A stretch of DNA of 45,479 nt. Source: Octopus sinensis. Taxonomy: Eukaryota. Position 1 is the stretch's first letter. The number at the start of each line of letters is the position of its first letter. Below the pieces are notes generated by a model. That model did not search any database. It saw nothing but the letters and a program-made list of their open reading frames with translations, and had not been told where the DNA came from. The position numbers and the translations under genes were made by a program. Below are positions 1 to 45,479 of the stretch, piece after piece. The stretch spans positions 1-45,479 of the forward strand of contig NW_021834794.1 in the NCBI RefSeq assembly GCF_006345805.1, read 5' to 3'.

Positions 1-189
1 CTCTTGTGTTTAGCCCTTGTGGGTAGTAAAGAAATAGGTATTTCGTCTGTCTTTATGTTCAAATTCCGCCGAGGTCGACTTTACCTTTCATCCTTTCGGG
101 GTCGATAAATTAAGTACTGGGTTCGATCTAATCGACTGGCCCCCTGCCCCAAAATTTTGGGCATTGTACCTAGTAGAAAAGAATGTAGT

Positions 190-570
190 GGAGGCGCAAT
201 GGCCCAGTGGTTAGGGCAGCGGACTTGCGGTCGTAGGATTGCGGTTTCGATTTCCAGTACGGGCGTTGTGAGTGTTTATTGAGCGAAAATACCTAAAAGC
301 TCCCCGAGGCCCCGGCAGGGGTTGGTGGCGAACCCTGCTGTATTCTTTCACCACAACTTTCTCTCACTCTTTCTTCCTGTTGCTGTTCTACCTGTATTTC
401 AAAGGGCCGGCCTTGTCACTCTCTGTGTCACGCTGAATATCCCCGTGAATTACGTTAAGGGTGCACGTGTCTGTGGAGTGCTCAGCTACTTACACGTTAA
501 TTCTACGAGCAGGCTGTTCCGTTGACTGGATCAACTGGAACCCTCGTCGTCGTAACCGACCGAGTGCCAC
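190..570 (+). mobile_element. tRNA-derived SINE family B
   Basis: ggaggcgcaatggcccagtggttagggcagcggac... with A/B boxes; second copy at 34307. Confidence 0.8.
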
Positions 571-1096
571 GATAATATAGAGATAGATAGGCAGATAGAT
601 AGATACACGATATATATATGTATATATACATACATAGAAATGCACACACGCATGTATATACAAACACGAGGGGTGCTGAAAACTTCCTGGCTTAAAGGGT
701 ATCGCGAGGCTGACTTTTCCTTTTATCCCTTCGGATCGATAAAATAATTACCAGTCACATACTGCCATCTATGTAATCGACAACTCCTTGCCCACCCCTT
801 ATAAAACTTCAGGCTTTCTCCCAATTGCAGAATAAAATTTTAAATCGTGCCAGAGAATTCGAACAATTTTCAGCGCTCACCAAAGAGTTCACTGCACCTA
901 ATAGCAGAAACAGCTGTCAGCCAATGCAATCCATAGAATAAACACTGTCTTTCCTGTGTCCTCTTTTTTTCTTATTACCACTCTTTACTCATCTAGCATT
1001 TCGTTCTGACACATACGTATGTATATTGAGTTCTACATCGGAGTCATTGGTCTCGCAATTCTTAAACGATATATATACATATGCATATATTATATA

Positions 1097-1097
1097 C

Positions 1098-1189
<92 letters not shown>

Positions 1190-1227
1190 GTCTGTCTGTC
1201 TGTCTGTCTGTCTGTCTGCCTGCCTGC

Positions 1228-1302
<75 letters not shown>

Positions 1303-1330
1303 CCCTTCTCTCTCTGTCTCTCTCTATATA
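1097..1330. repeat. (TATC)n/(TGTC)n microsatellite (similar tracts at ~4170-4350, 18425-18505, 35450-35670)
   Basis: Direct inspection. Confidence 0.93.
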
Positions 1331-1768
1331 TATGTGTGTATATATATATATTGATATATACACACACATATAGATATACGTATATATATATATATGTATA
1401 TAAAGATATATATATGTATATTTACATACATACATACAGACAGGCATACATGAGTGTGCGTGTTTATATATGTGTGTGTATACGTGTTTTCACACATACA
1501 TACACAATATACATGCGTGTTTGAGTGCGTATATCAATGTATACGTGTGTGTATATGTGTATGTGTGTGTGTGTGTGTGGTGTGTGTGTGTGTGTGTTAT
1601 GTCTCGAAGATCGAGATAGTTCTGATGGGAACACGGCCCGTTGCGGTGAAGTGCAATGAGAATTGGAGCATGGAACAATGGCTGTATGATGGAAGTTTAA
1701 GGTTAAACGATGGGATTTTGAATATAATTTTGTGAGGTGGACGGTCAACTGGTAGCTTGTGAAGAAGT

Positions 1769-1809
<41 letters not shown>

Positions 1810-1910
1810 GAGGAGGGAAGAGATAGTTGGGAGACGGGGAAGATGAAGAAAACGAAAGATAGGTAAGAGGGTAGATAGTTACGTACATATATATATATAT
1901 ATATTATATC

Positions 1911-1995
<85 letters not shown>

Positions 1996-2115
1996 ATATA
2001 TGTATGTATATTGATAGAAATGGTAAGACAACAAAAGAATGAAAGAGACCTCGATATTATGTAAATAAAGGAATTTATCTGTAAATATAATATGTGACAA
2101 TTATTCGGTAGCCAT

Positions 2116-2176
2116 GATAAAACTCCGAGTTTCGGATGACGGAGCGGAAAACCATGCCGCTATCTCTTCAGTTATC
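2116..2176 (-). ncRNA. Type I hammerhead ribozyme motif (Penelope-like element remnant)
   Basis: GATAA-CTGAAGA-[stem II with AGCGG/CCGCT]-GAAA-CTC-G-GAG-TT-TTATC: stems I and III and both core segments are present. Confidence 0.55.
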
Positions 2177-4170
2177 CAGCCATCGAAAAAAACTGTCGGC
2201 AGTGAATTGAGGAAGCAACATTATGAAAATATGTCGTTAGGTTCTGAGTTCAAATCCTACCGTTGCCAACTCCACCTTTTGTTTCCCTTGTGGGTCAATA
2301 AAATATGTACCATATTTATAAAATCAAATCACTAGAGTAAATTACTAAGAGATGTCACGGATGGATCAACCGGATTTGTGCTTCGTCTTTTACACTACCG
2401 ACCACAAACTTTAATCATCCGCAAACGTCTTCGCCGTTTATGGGCCATAAATGTTCTCTCAGATCCTTCTTGTTCGGCTCCTCTTTCAGTTCAGTAGAGT
2501 CACCACTTTTCGGTTCACACGACTTAGAATATATTCCGAGTCAGCTGTTGTAGATGGTTGTTAAATACAGGGACGAACAAATCCAGCGTGGAGAAATATA
2601 ATTGATGAGGGAAATAAACGGTTTTTTTATTAAGGTTGATAAAAGATTTTCGGCCCTCACCCTCCTCCACACCAAAGGAACAAGCAGAAAAATGTAAAGG
2701 ACATCTGAAAGAAGCAAGAACACTAAGGATGGGAAAAGGAATGTGTGGGAATTTTGAGTGGACAATTATAGAATATGTTAAGCAAGGTTTCTTGTTTTGT
2801 AAATATACCAACGAATTAATCGGTTTCTGTGTGAAATATTTCCTCCCGAAATAAATTACTCACCGTTTGGTTGTTCGTTATAAAATCTGTAACAGTTTAC
2901 ATACATACATAAATACATACATACATACATACATACATACATACATACATACATACATACATACACGCACGCAGGCGCACACACGCACACACACATTGTT
3001 TATCCTTGACATACCTCAAAAGCGACCCAACCTCTAATATCCCAGGAGTGTCCGAAACAACGGCTTTGAAAGTTTATTTAAAACAAAAGGCCACACCATG
3101 CATAAATTAAAAAATATTTAACAGGAATATTTAAGGTGTTTTGTTTAAACTTAACCGTTACACTTAAGCTGGTGACGATCAACTTCCTAGTTATATCACT
3201 AGCTTTAAATACAGTCAATAGAATACTCTAATAGAAAGTCAAATGAAAAGACTAAATAAACATGCAAAAAATTATAATTAACCCCACCCCGGCGATATCT
3301 ATATGCCATGTAATCGCAATTAGTTAAGTTTTCACGTTATCGTCAGACAGGGACTTATTCACCGAGTCCTCTTCATTTTGTAGCGATGTGTTGATTAGAA
3401 GTGTTTGCTGTGATATTCATTCAACCTTTATTCAACTCCAAAAGTGAAAGACGAGGAATAAGGGATTCTGGTGTAATCTGCCACATAACTTGGTTATTGG
3501 TACGAACATAGTCGGGAATTTCCCTGAGGCCGATAAGACATTTCCCACCGAAAAATAAATACTGTGAACTTTTCGATATACACAAAGTTAAGGTCAGCTA
3601 TTCTTTCCTAGATTCGTCGCTGCCTAGAATCACATACAGCCAGACGGCTTCTACTTCAACAGTCAACTCGTAAATGTAGAAATCCATTTACCTATCTCGT
3701 ATTCACCCATATCTTTCCAGGAGATTACATATCGAATAACCGTAACATCCGTGGACAGCACTTCCTTCTTTTCTTTCTTTATCCAACTTTTCATAGAGGT
3801 ACAGTTTTCTGTGCAGCTCTCTTTTAGTGGAGATAAGTTCTCCTCTCATTAACACGACAGATCCGATTCGAGGTGGTGTGTTCCAAATTGTCAAATTTTA
3901 TAATTTTCTTAAATGTATCAATAAATCGATCTGTCTAGATTCCCTGACACCACTCTTCTCCCAGTGTTTTAAATTCTGAAGACACGTGGCATAGTGGTTA
4001 GGGTATTATACTCACCATCACAAGATCTTTGTTTCGATTCCAAGACCAGCCGTGCTTTCTCTTCTTGAGCAAAACATTTCATTTCATATCACTCCAGTCC
4101 ACTCGGCTGTAAATAGGCAACACCGTGACAAACAGGCGTCCATGTATGTATGTTTCTGTCTGTCCGTCTG

Positions 4171-4254
<84 letters not shown>

Positions 4255-4960
4255 TTTTCTATCTGCCTGTCTGTCTGTCTGTCCTTCTATCCGTCTCTCT
4301 ATCTGTCTGTGTCTGTTTACCTATCCATCTAGCTATCATTCTATCTATCTATGCCTCCATTCATCCATGTACGCGTGTTTGGAGATAGATGTTTAGATGG
4401 GTTGAGAGTGAGGGGGAGCGAGAGAGAGAGAGAGAGAGAGGGAGGAGAGGAGAGAGAGAGAATTAACAACAACGAATTAATGAAAAATAGAAAACAGTCT
4501 TTATTTAAAATACAATATTTTGAGAACAGAATGTTAAATTAGTTGAGTTAGAACGAAAACAGCAAAAGGGCAGGGGAGAGACGGGCAACAAATAAACAAA
4601 AACACTGAATTTTGATGAAACTGGGGAACGTTCTGACCGAAACGTCAGAGAGAACTTACTTAAAGATAGGTTAAACCAACATATACAATCTTGTGACGCT
4701 ATCAGTGGTGGTGATGGCGGAGGTAGTGATGGTGTGTCAATGTACGTGTGATATTGTCTAGTACTACATTGCTCCTGATCCAACAGCACTCTGGTCGTGA
4801 CCATCCTGTATTATTTTAATCATAGTCTATTTATCACCGACTATTTTATCTAATTTTCTAAATCCATGATTACATCCAACGTGTTCTTTTCTAAGACTGT
4901 AAGCTGTATTTTGAGGGATGTTTGGCTGATATTTCTAGCAGGCCCAGCGACTGCCTAGAG

Positions 4961-5158
4961 CAGTGGTTCTCGACCATTTTAATATCCGGGCCAGATACAA
5001 AACCTGGGCTTTCGTTAGGGGGGCGCACCAGAAAAAAATAAAGGGCGAGTCAGTTCAAGAAAAATTTGTTATATTTATTGATGGAAGACTGTCGAGAGCC
5101 GCCGGAAGGATGCTTGAGGGCCACATGCGTCCCTTGGAACCGCGGTTGAAAAACGCTG
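4961..5158. mobile_element. hAT-type MITE
   Basis: TIRs cagtggttctcgacc ... ggttgaaaaacgctg; degenerate 8-bp TSD gcctagag/accgagag. Confidence 0.6.
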
Positions 5159-5924
5159 ACCGAGAGGTTTCCTGTTGCCCTAGTGGTGTTAGCAGTGGTG
5201 ATCGTGGTGTTCTTGCTTTATGTAACCCCAGTCCAGTCCTGTGATCAGATCAAAGACGTTCCAGCCGAGCCATTTATTCAGACCTTACTGGATGTATGAC
5301 CGCATTAGTGAATGTGGCCTTCTATTTTGTAAGACAATGAGCTGTAGTTTGAGAGAGATTTGGCTGCTATATCAAACTGGGACAAGAAGGGCATTGAGCA
5401 GACGTATGATCAAAGGGATACTCAAGCACTGTTGACCATGGGTTAAATAACAACAGCAACAATAACATCACAAAACATTATCACACATTAACCAAATGGT
5501 CAAATACAATCACAGCTCTTATTCTCTTCGTTATATACAAAACTATTCTATCATATTGTCACGTGTCACCACAACTGCTATCACATGACCACACACGCGC
5601 ACACACATTCACGCAAACATACACATACACACACATCGTAGGTTCTTATTACTGACGCAGGCTTCATAATTCCATTTTAGTTTCTCTTCTTCAATTGAGC
5701 TCACCATTTCCGAAGACAGCCAGGTGATTATCTCCCTTTCTTCTCTCCTTTTTTTTTTTAGGTGGCTTTTTTTCTTCTTTGTCCTTTTTCTGTTTGTGTC
5801 TTCCGGATACCAAATAAAAAAAAGTAATAACAATAAACAGTGACAATAAAAAAAAATATAGAAAATATTATTTTAGGGCAGATTTTCCCTAAAAATATTG
5901 GCATCGTGCCAAAATTAGAAAAAA

Positions 5925-5958
<34 letters not shown>

Positions 5959-5974
5959 TATTATTATTATTATT

Positions 5975-6512
5975 GAGTGAGAGAGCAGTGCATGCCATCA
6001 AAGTGACACTGGGGTAAAATGTACGAATCCCAATATACCCATCATGACTACCCGTCTGATAAGGATACACCAGGCACATGCATCACAACCATATGTGCGC
6101 GGCATGGTGATCTCATATCAAGATAAACAGTGCATGACCTTGCAGGTGGGGCCCTGTTAGAATTTTCTTCTGGTCGAGGAGCCCATCCCGCTCAAAAGGT
6201 CCCTGAATAAGGGTTGTTTGAGGATGTTCAACGAAACACCCATGTTTCCAGAGGTGAATTATTCAAACCCCAAAGAATCCCACATGGCTATGATGCTCCC
6301 CCACAACTTCTGCTCATGATCAGAGATGCACACATCGTCAGCCACTAAGGGACAAACTCAACTGGTTAAGGTCAAACAACTGACAAGCAAATCTGTGGTA
6401 TTGAGCAGAATATTTGCTGTAGCCCATCTTTTATACCAAGACAAAACAATGTACATGATAACACTTCCAATCAGTTAAGATCAGAAGCCGCGAGAGCCAC
6501 TGCATGGTACTG
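5975..6512 (+). mobile_element. ~540-bp dispersed repeat (family D, probably a retroposon 3' end) embedded in (TAT/AAT)n
   Basis: A highly similar reverse-complement copy lies at 8989-9512, and a terminal fragment at ~20408-20450. Confidence 0.8.
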
Positions 6513-6519
6513 TTGTTGT

Positions 6520-6561
<42 letters not shown>

Positions 6562-6882
6562 CTGAACCTGGAACCATGTGGTTGGTAAGCAAGCTACTTA
6601 CCACACAGCCACTCCTGTTGATTTTTAAATATTTCGTTAGTCTTGTTTATATGCAACAACCCTCACAACAACAACAACACACCCACCCACACGCATTCTT
6701 TCTTTTCTCCTCTTCTGCCCAGAATGCTTTTCTTATATGTAAAGCCTCGGGCTTAACAAAGAAATCTTCTTTCTTTCATTGTGTGCTTCTTTCGAAAGCA
6801 ACGGAAACCTTTTTCGCCTTTGCGGACGGAACAGCTTTCCAGTCTGCTTTTGCGTTGAATTAAGAAATTATTATTGTCGTCG

Positions 6883-6937
<55 letters not shown>

Positions 6938-7280
6938 TGTCGTCGTCGTCGTCGTCATCATCATCATCATCATCATCAACAACAACAGCGACAACAGCAG
7001 CAACGACGGTAACGACAGCAACAATACCAACAGTTGCAGCAACAACAACAATAATAATTATGATAATAACCGTGAAAAAAGCCGACATTGCTGTCGCCGG
7101 GAAAGTTGTGAAGCGTGATGACACGTCATTGTCAGGCATCGAGGTCGTTGTCGTTGTTGTTGTTCCCGTTGTTGTCGCTGTGCATTATGTTAACCCTTTA
7201 CGCAACAAAGAGTATAAAGAAAGATCGAACGAAAGAAAAATTGTAAAGAATTCCAAATCGCAAGGTGTGATTCTGCTGCG

Positions 7281-7368
<88 letters not shown>

Positions 7369-7454
7369 CACGATACACTTGCTCATAACACAAAAATGTG
7401 TTATTGGTTCATCTATATTGTATACACAGAGCTTTCTTTGACAAGAATGTCTTT

Positions 7455-7541
7455 GTATATATGCATGTATGTATGTATGTATGTATGTATGTATGTATGT
7501 ATGTATGTGTGTATGCTTGTATGTATGTATATGTGTATGCT

Positions 7542-7573
<32 letters not shown>

Positions 7574-7898
7574 TGTATGTATGTATATATGCATGTATGT
7601 ATATATGTATGTATGTATGCATGCATGTATGTATGTATGTATGCATGCATGTATGTATGTATGTATGTATGTGTGTATGCTTCCATGTATGTATGTGTGT
7701 ATGCTTATATGTATTATGTATGTGTGTATGCTTGTATGTATGTATGTATGTATGTATGTATGTATGTATGTATGTATGTATGTATGTATGTATGTATGTG
7801 TGTGTGTATGTATGTATGTATGTATGTATGTATGTATGTATATGTATGTATGTATGTATGTATGTGTGTATGCTTGTATGTATGTATATGTGTATGCT

Positions 7899-7930
<32 letters not shown>

Positions 7931-7994
7931 TGTATGTATGTATGTATGTATGTATGTATGTGTGTATGCTTGTATGTATGTATATGTGTATGCT

Positions 7995-8026
<32 letters not shown>

Positions 8027-8530
8027 TGTATGTATGTATGTATGTATGTATATATGCATGTATGTATATATGTATGTATGTATGCATGCATGTATGTATG
8101 TATGTATGCATGCATGTATGTATGTATGTATGTATGTGTGTATGCTTCCATGTATGTATGTGTGTATGCTTATATGTATTATGTATGTGTGTATGCTTGT
8201 ATGTATGTATGTATGTATGTATGTATGTATGTATGTATGTATGTATGTATGTGTGTGTGTATGTATGTATGTATGTATGTATGTATGTATGTATGTATGT
8301 GTGTGTGTATGCTTGTATGTATGTATGTATGTGTGTATGCTTGTATGTATGTATGTATATATGTATGTATGTTTGTATGTATATATGTATGCATGCATGT
8401 ATGTATGTATGTATGTATGTATGTATGTATGTATGTATGCATGCATGCATGTATGTATGTATGTATGTATGTATATATGTATGTATGTATTTATGCATGT
8501 ATGTATGTATGTATGTAAATGTATGTATGA
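7455..8530. repeat. (TATG)n compound microsatellite
   Basis: Direct inspection. Confidence 0.95.
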
Positions 8531-8600
8531 GTATGTATGTATATATATACATACCATACATACATACATACATACATACATAGATATATATATATATATA

Positions 8601-8639
<39 letters not shown>

Positions 8640-8828
8640 ACATATATAGACATATATATGTGTGTATATATATATATGCATACATAGTCATACACTCTTT
8701 CACACATTCACATATGTGTTATTATATTTGTTATATAAGGAAAGTTATAAAAACCCCAAAACAGAGCGACGCCATTGTATCTACTTACATTATTTTTTGC
8801 AGCGTCTGTGTGCCTGTGTTGTCGGGGA

Positions 8829-42921
<34,093 letters not shown>

Positions 42922-43283
42922 CTGGAAAAAAAAAAACGAAAGAGAAAAGAAAATGGCGATATTACTGACCGCTCCAACTGTTGCTTGATGAGGGTTGGTT
43001 GACTGTTCATTCTGACATTAAACTGGGCAGGGGTCGGCGAACCGGGGATGTCTTAACTTTAAAACAAAATTAAGTTTAACTACTTTGACTAGGATTCGAA
43101 CCTGATGCCAAAAGACGTCTAAAATTATTTTGAAACAAAATTAAGTTGCACTGCCATGAACAGGATTCGAACTTGAAGTCGTAGGACATCTAGAATTATA
43201 AGTTAATTCTAGATGTCCTACTGCCTTGAGGAAGGATTCTGCAGTGTTGGCAAAGACTATCTGAAAACAAAATGAAGCTAGAT

Positions 43284-43355
43284 TGTCGTGACCAGGATTC
43301 GAACCTGGGTTACCACGGCCACAACGTGGGGTCCTAACCACTAGACGATCACGGC
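43284..43355 (-). tRNA. trnH-GTG: tRNA-His(GTG), with one acceptor-stem mismatch
   Basis: GCCGTGATCGTCTAGTGGTTAGGACCCCACGTTGTGGCCGTGGTAACCCAGGTTCGAATCCTGGTCACGACA: A and B boxes, GTG anticodon, downstream T-runs. Confidence 0.88.
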
Positions 43356-43734
43356 CATCCATCTAACTGTTGTGAGGATGTCAGATTAGTTAAGTTCAAT
43401 TGCCTCTGGTCTGTCAGAGAAATGCTGTGTTCAAACGGATTTGTTTAGACCAGGAGTCGACGAAGCTGAGTAAATGACCCCAAGTGGAGGGTAAAAAGGA
43501 AATTATTGTGGGTAATGAGGACTCGCTAGACACTAGAAACGGCTGTTTCCGTGACAGCTCGACAATTCACTTCGAATATCTTCGTGACCTCCGTGACTGC
43601 TGCTGTGATCTCTGTGTGTGTGTGTGTGTGTGCGTGCTTGTTCTTGTCCGTGTGCGTGTGCTTCTTCTGTCACGAAGATATCCGAAGTGAATTGCCGAGT
43701 TGTCACGGAAAAAAACACACACACACACACACAT

Positions 43735-43995
43735 CTTACTCTTTTACTTGTTTCAGTCATTTGACTGTGGCCATGCTGGAGCACCGCCTTTCGTCGAGCA
43801 AATCGACCCCCAGGACTTATTCTTTGCAAGCCTAGTACTTATTCTATCTTTCTGTTTTGCTGAACCGCTTAGTTACGGTGACGTAAACACACCAACATCG
43901 GTTGTCAAGCGATGGTGTGGGGACAAACACAGACACACAAACAAAAACACACTCATATATGCATATATACATATATACATATATATATATATATA

Positions 43996-44071
<76 letters not shown>

Positions 44072-44341
44072 TAATCCAAACAAGAAAACAAAAAGACAAC
44101 AACGCGAGGATGTGGAACAAATAAAGTATTATTGGACGCTCAGGAAAGAAGGAAGAAGGAGGGTTTGACGTTCGAGCGGTGCTCTTCGTCGGAAACAAAG
44201 GAGAAGGAAAGATCCCGAGACGGGAGGACAGAGGAAAAAAAATCGCCGGTGGTATTCACTAGGTCACATACTAAATATATATATATATATATATAATATA
44301 TATAATATATATATATATTATTTATATATATTATATATATG

Positions 44342-44423
<82 letters not shown>

Positions 44424-44586
44424 GACGGGCTTCTTTCATTTCCGTCTAACAAAACCACTCAGAAGGCTTTGGTCGCCCCGAGGCTATAGTATAGAAGACA
44501 CTTGCCCAAGATGCTACGCAGTGGGACTGAACCCTGAACCATGTGGTTGGTAAGCAAGCTACTTACCACACAGTCACTACTGCACC
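43735..44586 (-). mobile_element. SINE family A with a nested insertion (~44070-44275) in its microsatellite
   Basis: Tail at 43735-43945 and head at 44420-44586, separated by (TA/CA)n and an unrelated repeat. Confidence 0.75.
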
Positions 44587-45069
44587 TCTGTCTTTTAACT
44601 TATATTTCTTTCAGTCATTAGACTGTGGCCATGCTGGAGCACTACACCTTGGAGTATAATTTGTCAAATGAATCGATCCCAGTACTTCCTTTTTTTCGCC
44701 GAACTGCTAAGTTATGGGGACGTAAACGCACCAACACCGGGACGTAGACACACCAACGCCGGTTGTAAAGCGGTGGTGGGAAGCAAACACAGACACAAAG
44801 AGACTCACAAGCTTACTTCTCAATCACATAATTTCGGGTTAAGTCTCACTGCGTGGCACCTTGGGCAAGTGTCTTCTACTATAGGCTCGGGTCAACCAAA
44901 ACCTTGTGAGTGGATTTGGTAGACGGAAACTGAAAGAAGCCTGTCGTGTGTGTGTGTGTGTGTGTGTTATTGAACACGCATACACAATAAACGTGTTTTG
45001 TTTGTTCGCCGATCGGCTGTGATTTGACGAGGTGGAGATGACTCTCTCAAAGCGCCGGGTGTTAAAACA

Positions 45070-45479
45070 CCTGAAATAACTAGTGGATCATGGACTTCGG
45101 TATTGTCAACAGTGAAGCTGGTGTCATGCCATCTCATTTCTTCCTTGAGAGCCTCAGGATGAGCGCCAACTGCTACATCCATGTTCAGAGCAAAGTGGGG
45201 GAGGCCTGGATCGACCGGGTAGCTGCAGGGAAGCTGTACGTGTGATAGCAAGACTCTGCGCCTTGTTACACCAGCCGGAGGACCCAGGCTTGACTGTCAC
45301 ATGACATTTGGCCCCTCAACTCATCTAACTGCAACCACCTCGACTTCTTTGAGAGGAACGCGGTGGAACGATAGACAACAAATCTAGTTGTAGCACGGGG
45401 ACGAGCTGAGGGCCAGGATTACCAGGGCCTTCGGGGGTCTAAAACGGGAGACAGTGACGAAGGCTTGTGACTGGTCCGG
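45070..45479 (+). pseudogene. Decayed Tc1/mariner-superfamily (maT/DD37D-like) transposase fragment, running off the window end
   Basis: Plus-strand translation gives VNSEAGVMPSHFF...WIDRVAAGKLYV**QDSAPCYTSRRTQA*LS and WPLNSSNCNHLDFF, degenerate forms of QQDSAPxH and WPPNSPDxNPLD. Contains stops and frameshifts. Confidence 0.8.

Noticed and set aside
190-270. tRNA gene calls for the SINE heads (also 20960, 34307, 37047)
   Set aside because: A/B boxes are present but there is no proper cloverleaf, and each continues into a repeated SINE body.
2524-2854. Short ORFs as a separate gene
   Set aside because: No recognisable protein motifs; only a candidate acceptor at 2705-2706, possibly for a 3' UTR exon, which is unsupported without transcripts.
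4605-4650. ttgatga...cgaaacgtc hammerhead-like motif (also ~30720-30770)
   Set aside because: The core is mutated and stem I is unsupported; at most a decayed remnant.
6874-8707. Long ORFs (569, 422, 402, 349 aa) of MYVC/HTYI repeats
   Set aside because: These are translations of stop-free (TCA)n, (CA)n and (TATG)n microsatellites, not proteins.
44967-45251. 94-aa minus-strand ORF as the missing first exon
   Set aside because: It is the antisense of the decayed transposase on the plus strand.

Overview
Eukaryotic, AT- and microsatellite-rich genomic DNA. The repeat content (tRNA-derived SINEs with internal microsatellites) points to a cephalopod, most likely Octopus (inference). Most ORFs in the supplied track are microsatellite artefacts. 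The real content is one large minus-strand gene that I assembled by hand into 21 GT-AG exons (42921 down to the stop at 8829; 8,555 coding nt in the window, all intron phases consistent, about 2,850 aa; the exon carrying the start codon was not found). It encodes a class C (metabotropic glutamate receptor-like) GPCR with an unusual architecture: signal peptide, FIVE tandem Venus-flytrap (VFT) domains each followed by a short three-cysteine linker in place of the nine-cysteine domain, then a class C 7TM and a short Tyr-rich tail. All five repeats share a phase-0 intron at the same position, and their ligand-pocket residues have diverged from one another. The introns and flanks contain a tRNA-His(GTG) gene, several SINE families, mariner and hAT MITEs, a decayed maT/DD37D transposase, Penelope-type hammerhead ribozyme motifs, a 156-bp perfect palindrome, and an inverted repeat pair around the last coding exon.
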